DNA from: Chlamydiales bacterium
Lineage (GTDB): Bacteria > Chlamydiota > Chlamydiia > Chlamydiales > SM23-39
DNA: 32,000 nt
Assembly: GCA_965261025.1 (NCBI GenBank)
Contig: OZ253438.1
Span: 1,080,001 to 1,112,000 of the forward strand
Reading direction: 5' to 3'
Each line of letters opens with the position of its first letter. The first letter of the stretch is position 1. The position numbers and the translations under genes were made by a program. Below are positions 25,364 to 32,000 of this stretch, piece by piece. Under the pieces are notes generated by a model. It ran no database searches. It had not been told where the DNA came from and worked only from the letters and a program-made list of their open reading frames with translations.

Positions 25364-27223
25364 TTGGAAAAGATATTGACTAGTGTCTCTGTAAAAAATA
25401 AACCTCGCAAACACATAACCAGAACTTTGACTGAAGAAAATATTCATTACTTCAATCGTTCCCTTGAAAAATTTCATTTAGAAAAGTCTCGATATTTTGG
25501 GGTAAATCTCTTTCGGTTTCATATGAAGTACATCTTTGATGTCTTCTTGAGTGTTCATAAAGAAATTAACCCTTCCACGGGGCAGGAATTTGATTTTTTT
25601 CCTCTTCAAGGGAATTTAGATACAGGGGATCCTCATGGCAAACCATTTCCTCCTTTTTTTAATGCACTCCTTGACAAGCTAAGTGAACAAGAAGAGGTAA
25701 AACGCTACTACGGTGCGGCAGCACAAAAAGCGTTAAAAGATTCTATTTCTTCCTTTCTTCTTAAAATGGAAGTTCTCGAAAATCCCAAAGAAACCATGGA
25801 CTATGCTATTGGATCTGGAACTGTCCATTTATATGAATTAATCTGCCGACAACTCATTAAGAGGAAAGGAGATGCTATTCTTATTCCCACTCCAACCTAT
25901 GGCTTTTTTATTCCTCAAGTTTACCGAGCAGGAGGAATCCCTATCCTGTTAGAAACCGATGATCGGGGAATGATTGAAACAAGGCAGTTTGAAAATACAA
26001 TCAAAAAATATAACGAAAGACAGTTAGAGTCCTGGAAAAAACAGTTTCCCAATCTTATTCGTTTATTTGAATCTGACCTTAGAACGAACTGGAACATAGC
26101 CATAAGAGAAAGTTCTATCGAAGATATAAAGGAGCTAGAAAATCAATTATTCTTCGAAACAACCCGAAAAGACTGGGAAAAAGAGGTAGACGCATTTATT
26201 TTTTCTAAAATCCTTAAAAACCAAGAAGACCGTTTCTCCCAGATAAAAGAACAGCAGGAAATCGAATTTCCCTATCCTCCAAGAGTTGTTGGGGCTTTAT
26301 TTATTAATCCTACCGTATATGGGGCAGTTTTAACTAAAGAAGAGGTAGAGAGCTTGGCACAAATCATGGAATACTACCATGTTACAGCAATTGAGGATTT
26401 AGCCTATCTCTTTATTGATGTTAAACCCCATAAAAAACAGGGCTATTTCTTGAATTATAGCGCCCCTTACTTTTCTTTATTGGGAGTATCTAAACCTTTT
26501 GCCCTTTCAGGAATGCGCTTAGGAATGGCCATTTCAAGCAAAGAAAAAATAGAAGAGCTTCAAGGAAGAATTGAAAATTCTATTGGATTTATTTCCCCCA
26601 TTTTTCAAAAAGCTCTAATTGAGTTATTTGAGTCCCCTACTAACCAAATCCAGGAATTCTTTAAAAAGAACAATACCCATGATGAATGGGGCTATAGTTT
26701 AAAACGAAAGCTATCTATTTATTTACTAGAAGGGGCTTCTACTACAAAGCTTTCCGAAAAGGAAAAAAATCCGATCCGATTAATTATCTTCAAGGAGATA
26801 AAGTTGCTAGTAAAAAAATGGGAAGATTTAGGAGTTTCTTTTTCTGATACAGATTTAAAGAAACCCTTTGATAGACAACATAGGGTTTCTCTTGTGGATA
26901 GATTTATGGAAGAGGGATTATCTGATTTTTTTGATATCGTTAGAGATGCTGAAGCAGGATTTTTTTTCATTTTGAATTGTCAGAAGCTGATCAACAAGGG
27001 AAAAATTGGTCCTGTAAAGATTTGCTGTTCATTTGACGTATTTGCTCTGCTTTCCTATTTTTTTGGTCTAAAACTCTTTCCTTCAGAGGCAATGGGTCTA
27101 CAACATGGCTCAAATTGCAATCAACTTCGATACTCCTTTTCATCAGATGTTTCGCTCATTGTTTCCTTATTTTTTACAGCTTACCTAGGTATAAAACAAT
27201 TAGAAGAAATAAAAAATTCTTAA
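25364..27223 (+). CDS. Atypical class I/II PLP aminotransferase-like protein (619 aa, with large insertions)
   Basis: Motifs: PTPTYGFF, INPTVYGAVLTKEEVESL (degenerate NPxNPTG), the PLP-lysine motif LLGVSKPFALSGMRLG, and C-terminal LRYSFS. TTG start 7 nt after GAGAGGAG, 1 nt after the upstream stop. Confidence 0.7.
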   Translation: MEKILTSVSVKNKPRKHITRTLTEENIHYFNRSLEKFHLEKSRYFGVNLFRFHMKYIFDVFLSVHKEINPSTGQEFDFFPLQGNLDTGDPHGKPFPPFFNALLDKLSEQEEVKRYYGAAAQKALKDSISSFLLKMEVLENPKETMDYAIGSGTVHLYELICRQLIKRKGDAILIPTPTYGFFIPQVYRAGGIPILLETDDRGMIETRQFENTIKKYNERQLESWKKQFPNLIRLFESDLRTNWNIAIRESSIEDIKELENQLFFETTRKDWEKEVDAFIFSKILKNQEDRFSQIKEQQEIEFPYPPRVVGALFINPTVYGAVLTKEEVESLAQIMEYYHVTAIEDLAYLFIDVKPHKKQGYFLNYSAPYFSLLGVSKPFALSGMRLGMAISSKEKIEELQGRIENSIGFISPIFQKALIELFESPTNQIQEFFKKNNTHDEWGYSLKRKLSIYLLEGASTTKLSEKEKNPIRLIIFKEIKLLVKKWEDLGVSFSDTDLKKPFDRQHRVSLVDRFMEEGLSDFFDIVRDAEAGFFFILNCQKLINKGKIGPVKICCSFDVFALLSYFFGLKLFPSEAMGLQHGSNCNQLRYSFSSDVSLIVSLFFTAYLGIKQLEEIKNS

Positions 27224-27229
27224 AATTTA

Positions 27230-28540
27230 ATGAATAAAAAGTGGCAGAAAGTTTTAATCCCGTTGGTTTTGGCAAACGCCGGAATTTTATTTGGTTTTGA
27301 TACAGGAAATATTGCCGGTGCTCTTCCTCTGATACGAAGAACACTTCAAACAACCCTTTTTCAAGAGCAGTTTATTGTTTCCATTACCATTTTGGTAGCT
27401 TTCCTAAGTGCCACACTAACGGGTAGGATGGTAGATCGATTCGGCACTAAAAAAATGTTAATTGTCTCCGCTATCCTATACATATTTAGTGCTCTACAAA
27501 GTAGTTTTACCTACTCCCTTTTTGGCTTAATAGTGATCAGATCTATGATGGGGCTAGCTATTGGGATCTCTTCTTTTTCTGCTCCTATGTATATCGCTGA
27601 AATGACTCCTCCAAATCAAAGGGGACGCTATGTTCTTGTAAATGGTATTGCTATTACTTTCGGAGAGTTACTTGCCTTTTCCTGGAGTTATTTTCTAGCT
27701 GATCGAGAAACCTGGCAAGAGACATTTCTTTTAAGTATCCTTCCTGCGTTACTATTACTACTGGGAATGTTGGGTTTACCTTCTGGTAAACAACAAATTT
27801 TAGGCAGTCCCTTTGAAAGATCTTTTCCAGGCTTTTTTCAAAAATTAAAATTTCTAAAGCTTCTTTTTTCTAAAAATGAATTTAAATATCCCCTGACAAT
27901 TGGAATACTTTTGGGTGTCTTTCAGCAATTCTTTGGGATTAATAGCATTATGTATTATGGACCTATTATCTTTGAAGAAATGGGAATGGGTCTGTATAAA
28001 CAACAACTTATTGCTACCATGATGATGGGAGGCACAAATTTTATAGGAACCCTTATTGCAGTTTGCCTTATTGATTCAGTAGGAAGAAGAAAATTGCTGT
28101 TAATTGGCTCTATGATTTCCACTATTTCTTTACTAACGTTAGGACTTTTGATACAGATGAAAATTTCTATATTTCTTTCCCTAGTTGTAATGATGCTTTA
28201 CATTTTTGGATATTGTATCAGTGTTGGTTCTCTATTTTGGCTGGTTATCTCTGAGATTTTTCCTAGTTCCATTCGGGGGTTTTCTATGGGTATCGCAACG
28301 GGATGCCAATGGTTAAGCAATTTTCTCAATTCAAGTATCTTCCTTTCTGCAGTAAATATACTATCTCTACAGGGAGTTTTTTTAGGCTATGCAAGTGTTT
28401 GCGTTTTATGCTTCCTTTTTGTACACGCATTCATTCCTGAAACAAAAGGAATTGCTCTAGCGGAGCTAGAAACCTTTTGGAAAAACGTGAGCCAAAAAGG
28501 AAGGGAAAAAAACCAGGCTAAAAGCCCAAACGTAAGGTGA
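27230..28540 (+). CDS. MFS sugar-porter-family transporter (myo-inositol/hexose:H+ symporter-like)
   Basis: 436 aa with 12 predicted TM segments. Motifs: FGFDTGNIAGALP, GRMVDRFGTKK, QQFFGINSIMYYGPIIF, DSVGRRKLLLIGS, PETKG. Confidence 0.88.
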   Translation: MNKKWQKVLIPLVLANAGILFGFDTGNIAGALPLIRRTLQTTLFQEQFIVSITILVAFLSATLTGRMVDRFGTKKMLIVSAILYIFSALQSSFTYSLFGLIVIRSMMGLAIGISSFSAPMYIAEMTPPNQRGRYVLVNGIAITFGELLAFSWSYFLADRETWQETFLLSILPALLLLLGMLGLPSGKQQILGSPFERSFPGFFQKLKFLKLLFSKNEFKYPLTIGILLGVFQQFFGINSIMYYGPIIFEEMGMGLYKQQLIATMMMGGTNFIGTLIAVCLIDSVGRRKLLLIGSMISTISLLTLGLLIQMKISIFLSLVVMMLYIFGYCISVGSLFWLVISEIFPSSIRGFSMGIATGCQWLSNFLNSSIFLSAVNILSLQGVFLGYASVCVLCFLFVHAFIPETKGIALAELETFWKNVSQKGREKNQAKSPNVR

Positions 28541-28584
28541 GAAGAATCCGTTGTTAAACCCAAATACCACTCTAGATCTGAACT

Positions 28585-29157
28585 CTATTCATTCTCATAC
28601 CACCAAAATTCGTCTAGATGTCTCACTTTCTTCTTTAGTCTACGTCCCATATCATCAACAGCTGTTTTTACTCCGGGATAATCAGAATTACCGTAATCAT
28701 CCCCGCATAAGATAGCATCAGAATTTAAGTTTTTTAACCAATGTTGAATATCGTGCAATACTTCAACTTCCTCATGGCTTCCATCGATATAAATAAGATC
28801 TGCCTTTACCTCTAAGTATTTAGTAGCTTCTCGTGATGTCGCTCGAATAGGGATAATCTTACTAGACAAATTTTCATGAATCGCATTCGACAAAAATTGA
28901 TGGTATGTATCCAGCCCTGGAAAAGTCTCTTTAGATTCCGGCCAGGGATCAATACAAAAAATCCTTCCAGAACTGGGTAGCAATGAAGCAATTAGTCTAG
29001 CTGACTTTCCTAACCAAGATCCAACTTCGATAACCACATTTACGTCTGAGTTCTCAATAAATTTCCTCAACATTTTCTCGTTTGCTTCACGAAACCAGCC
29101 ATGATCATTATAGGCAAGCTTTGTAATCTGAGTATATGGCGTTTGTTCTATAATCAT
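28585..29157 (-). CDS. Class I SAM-dependent methyltransferase (Methyltransf_24-like)
   Basis: 190 aa. Motif I VVIEVGSWLGKSA, then FCIDPW, IYIDGSHEEVEV and LCGDDY. Start overlaps the carbamoyltransferase B stop (ATGA at 29154-29157). Confidence 0.75.
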   Translation of the reverse strand: MIIEQTPYTQITKLAYNDHGWFREANEKMLRKFIENSDVNVVIEVGSWLGKSARLIASLLPSSGRIFCIDPWPESKETFPGLDTYHQFLSNAIHENLSSKIIPIRATSREATKYLEVKADLIYIDGSHEEVEVLHDIQHWLKNLNSDAILCGDDYGNSDYPGVKTAVDDMGRRLKKKVRHLDEFWWYENE

Positions 29158-31142
29158 GTATTTCCTCCCTCTATATTTTCAAAAATCCCTGGATTCATTC
29201 GGATTAGCCGACGAGACCAGATATCGTATAGTTCTGAAATGAATTCATCACTTTCAGGCGCATTATCCAAATGGAGCAAGTATTGATACATTTCTTGAGA
29301 AATATCCTGCTTAAAATGCTTTTTTCCTACGTGTCGGATCTCATAAAAAACTTTTTTGTGTGAATCCATACATTCCACAAGAAAAGCCGATGTTACAAGA
29401 GAAGGAGATAAGCTCGCTACTCTTTGTAAAAACTGGGGTTTTTTTTCAATGATGTAATCGCCTATAACGAGGTAGTCTAAACCTGTTGTAAGAAAGCAAG
29501 TCATACTATCCTCAATAGAGCACACAATGGGCTCGTGATTATTATTGAATGATGTATTCAAAATAATAGGAATCCCCGTAAATTCTTGAAAAGAACGTAT
29601 CAATTTCCAATATCTTTCATTTTGCTCCTTACTAACTGTTTGGACTCTTCCGGTTCCATTTACATGAGTAATAGCTCCCAAATGTTTGCGATGCTCTTTT
29701 TTTACTTTAAGATTATAAGTCATAAAAGAGAGATCAATTTCACAATCTGAAAGTTCAAAGTAATTCCCTACTTCTTCCTCAAGAATCGAAGGAGCAAAAG
29801 GACGGTAAGCCTCTCTCTTTTTTATCATTGCATTGATGCGTGACTTGTTTTCTGCTGGTCTAGGATCAGCCAAAATACTTCGACTTCCTAGCGCCCTTGG
29901 GCCAAATTCCATTTCTCCTTGAACCCAACCCATAACATTGCCCTTTGCAATCAGCTCAGCAGCTAACTCTTCTATCCTAGAGCTATACTCAATCTTTACT
30001 AAATCTGACCAAGTATCCAGTTCTTGCTTAATACTTACCCCTTCTGTTTTAAGGCCAGGACCCCAATAAATGGATCGGATTGGTTTCTCTTTTTTGATGG
30101 CTAATCCTTTCTGTTTAGAGATGCACATACCAGCCCCAACAGCGGCTCCTGCATCGAAGGCTGCTGGATGAACAAACATTTTATCAAAAAGATTGGAACT
30201 TGCGATTTTACCATTTAACGTACAGTTATGTGCTACCCCTCCTGCCATGCAAAGATTTTTTAGCCCTGTTCTATACTTCCAATGAGAAATGAGATGAAAT
30301 ACTATATTTTCTAAAGCTTCTTGCAGTGCTGCAGCAAAGTCTTTATGAATTTTACTAAATGGCTCGTTTTTTCGACGTGGCTGAATCCCCTTTTTTAGAA
30401 AAAAAGATCGAAACTGCATTAAAGGAATGCTGAACGAATAAGCTCCGTCGGCCTCCAGGGTATAGAGCTTACTAAACAGGGGTTGAAACACGGAAGGATC
30501 TCCATAGGGAGCAAGCCCCATAACCTTGTACTCATCAAACATGTCATAGCCCAAAATCTTAATTGACTCTAGGTAAAAAGAACCCAGGGAAATATCGTAG
30601 TGGTAATCAGAAAGAAAATGCAAATTTCCCTCTTTTCCTTCAAAAATTGATGTGGATTCTTTTTCACCACGACCATCAATGATTACAGTGAGCGCAGAGT
30701 CAAATCCTGAATGGTAATAAGCAGAAAAAGCATGACAAAGATGATGAGGAAGAAACTGGATCCGATCCTCAGAAAAATTTTTGTCAAAAAACTCGGAAAA
30801 TAATCTTCCTAGCAACTGCTTAGACGATAAACAAGGAACATGTGGATGTGAGATATACTGCAAGTTGAGCTCATTATCCACAAAATCATCTTTGTAGTAA
30901 TATCCTATTGCCTCAATTTCCGAAAAAGAAATACCTGCTTTTTCCAGGCAAAAAGAGATACTATGATAAGGAAACATCGTAGTGTGTTTTTTACGATTCA
31001 GACGCTCTTCTTCCACTGCACAAAGGAGCTTACCTTCTTTGAAAAGAGCCGCAGCAGCATCATGATAAAACCACTTTGGAACATAGGGTAAAAATGTTCC
31101 TTCCTTCGTATAAAAACCACCTGAAATTCCTAAAACATACAT
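29154..31142 (-). CDS. Carbamoyltransferase B (NodU/CmcH/TobZ family), paralogue of 15802-17823
   Basis: Same motif set as copy A: MYVLGISGG, FYHDAAAAL, HHLCHA, IDGRGEK, GPRALGSRSILADPR, REAYRPFAPS, HVNGTGRVQTV, NTSFNNNHEPIV. The track start TTG 31157 is less likely than ATG 31142, which follows AGGAA. Confidence 0.9.
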   Translation of the reverse strand: MYVLGISGGFYTKEGTFLPYVPKWFYHDAAAALFKEGKLLCAVEEERLNRKKHTTMFPYHSISFCLEKAGISFSEIEAIGYYYKDDFVDNELNLQYISHPHVPCLSSKQLLGRLFSEFFDKNFSEDRIQFLPHHLCHAFSAYYHSGFDSALTVIIDGRGEKESTSIFEGKEGNLHFLSDYHYDISLGSFYLESIKILGYDMFDEYKVMGLAPYGDPSVFQPLFSKLYTLEADGAYSFSIPLMQFRSFFLKKGIQPRRKNEPFSKIHKDFAAALQEALENIVFHLISHWKYRTGLKNLCMAGGVAHNCTLNGKIASSNLFDKMFVHPAAFDAGAAVGAGMCISKQKGLAIKKEKPIRSIYWGPGLKTEGVSIKQELDTWSDLVKIEYSSRIEELAAELIAKGNVMGWVQGEMEFGPRALGSRSILADPRPAENKSRINAMIKKREAYRPFAPSILEEEVGNYFELSDCEIDLSFMTYNLKVKKEHRKHLGAITHVNGTGRVQTVSKEQNERYWKLIRSFQEFTGIPIILNTSFNNNHEPIVCSIEDSMTCFLTTGLDYLVIGDYIIEKKPQFLQRVASLSPSLVTSAFLVECMDSHKKVFYEIRHVGKKHFKQDISQEMYQYLLHLDNAPESDEFISELYDIWSRRLIRMNPGIFENIEGGNT

Positions 31143-31229
31143 GGAGAATTTCCTCAAAAATTGAATATTGTAAAAACAAGCAGGTACGTTACTATATAGA
31201 AAATATTTTTTACAAGTCTAGGTATACAA

Positions 31230-32000
31230 TTGGGTTTTCCTGTTTTCATTCTTACAACTTACTGCTCTGAAAAAAAAGATGTTACCTATTTCTCTGAAGC
31301 ACTAGATGCTATCCTTAACCAAACAGATCCCCATTTTCATCTTATCATTATTGATGACTGCTCTCCTTATCCGGATTTTAAGGAGTATCTTGCGATAGTA
31401 TCTAGGAAAGATAAAAGGATTTTCTATCATGTAAACCTTAAAAACTCTGGGGTTTCTCAATCAAGAAACTATGGGATTAAATGGGCTAAATCTCACAGAG
31501 CCCCTTTTGTTATGTTCCATGATGGTGATGATATATCTCCATTAGACAGACTGGAGAAAACAAAAAAACTATTTAACCATAAGGAGGTAGATCTAGTGTA
31601 TTCTACCTTCATCCCAATAGATGAGTTTTCCAACATTCGAGATTTTCATGAAATTGCTGAAGATGTACGTAATACAATTCATCAACTTAAAAAATCTGCA
31701 CCAGAGGGAATGAATGCCTGGCTCGACTTAACCTTAAAATTTGGCTATTGCAATCTTACTTCAGCCACTGCAGTCCGGACTGAAATAGCTATACAAACTC
31801 CATTTCCTCTTTATAGATTCTCTGAAGATGCCCATACCTGGTACAGGATGATGGCTTTGGCTAAAAATGTAGTCTTTGACCCCTCTTTTCCAACCTATTA
31901 TCGAATGCCTAATAATTCAACCTATGGAATTGCTTCTAAAGATAGATTGGGAAAATACTTCTTCTTAGAAAAAATTAAAGCCGATTTAAATGGATTTTTA
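31230..32000 (+). CDS. Family 2 glycosyltransferase (GT-A fold), 3' end outside the window; not in the supplied ORF track
   Basis: My own translation of the frame open from 31200 to the window end: (L)GFPVFILTTYCSEKKDVTYFSEALDAILNQTDPHFHLIIIDDCSPYPDF...NSGVSQSRNYGIKWA...FHDGDDIS (DxD)...FSEDAHTWYRM. There is no in-frame ATG near the 5' end; TTG 31230 is the best start candidate. Confidence 0.8.
   Translation, partial: MGFPVFILTTYCSEKKDVTYFSEALDAILNQTDPHFHLIIIDDCSPYPDFKEYLAIVSRKDKRIFYHVNLKNSGVSQSRNYGIKWAKSHRAPFVMFHDGDDISPLDRLEKTKKLFNHKEVDLVYSTFIPIDEFSNIRDFHEIAEDVRNTIHQLKKSAPEGMNAWLDLTLKFGYCNLTSATAVRTEIAIQTPFPLYRFSEDAHTWYRMMALAKNVVFDPSFPTYYRMPNNSTYGIASKDRLGKYFFLEKIKADLNGFL

Noticed and set aside
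31076-31270. A 64-aa plus-strand ORF across the carbamoyltransferase B start and the divergent intergenic region.
   Set aside because: It is antisense to the 5' end of a well-supported gene and out of frame with the GT2 gene that actually occupies the plus strand from ~31230.
15549-32000. Apparent GC-content step at the recC/cluster boundary, considered as evidence of a horizontally acquired island.
   Set aside because: Hand counts of single 60-nt lines gave 17-24 G+C in recC (lines 13741, 14281, 15001). The cluster gave 18-28 (lines 17041, 19801, 23701, 26101, 27901) and thrS gave 27 (line 7021). Composition therefore tracks protein conservation rather than marking an island. No integrase, transposase, flanking direct repeats or boundary tRNA were seen. 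A windowed GC-skew or codon-usage calculation would be needed to revisit this.
1-32000. Scan for CRISPR arrays, rRNA genes, IS elements, prophage genes and long tandem or interspersed nucleotide repeats.
   Set aside because: No regularly spaced direct repeats, transposase/integrase-like ORFs or rRNA-like sequence were noticed. The only repeat-like features are short homopolymers and the protein-level carbamoyltransferase duplication. A by-eye scan cannot exclude short or degenerate repeats.

Overview
This is a low-GC chromosomal segment that looks like a chlamydia-like (phylum Chlamydiae, probably environmental) bacterium. The assignment rests on thrS-parA-pGP6-D synteny, an aspC/tyrB-mreC pair, a MOMP/PorB-type N-terminal motif in an outer-membrane protein, and recC; it comes from recalled family features, not a database search.

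Nt 1-15.5 kb hold ordinary core genes: a partial TagF-like transferase, mreC, aspC/tyrB, an orphan ORF, tRNA-Ala(GGC), dapA, a pGP6-D homologue, parA, thrS, two adjacent beta-barrel OMP genes, an LplT-like MFS protein with a C-terminal extension, and recC.

Nt 15.8-32 kb hold a tightly packed accessory locus that runs off the window end. An eight-gene plus-strand operon encodes carbamoyltransferase A, carA, a carB that lacks the allosteric domain, a Gfo/Idh/MocA dehydrogenase, a DegT aminotransferase, an Ldh_2 oxidoreductase, an atypical 619-aa class I/II aminotransferase and a sugar-porter MFS. A convergent pair follows (carbamoyltransferase B, then a SAM methyltransferase). A divergent GT2 glycosyltransferase gene, absent from the ORF track, comes last.

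I read this locus as a candidate pathway for a carbamoylated, methylated amino-cyclitol or amino-sugar (free metabolite or glycan decoration) with its own carbamoyl-phosphate supply. I know of no described equivalent in Chlamydiae.

No CRISPR array, transposase, integrase or rRNA was seen. Most short ORFs in the track are antisense or alternate-frame artefacts of T/A-rich coding sequence.
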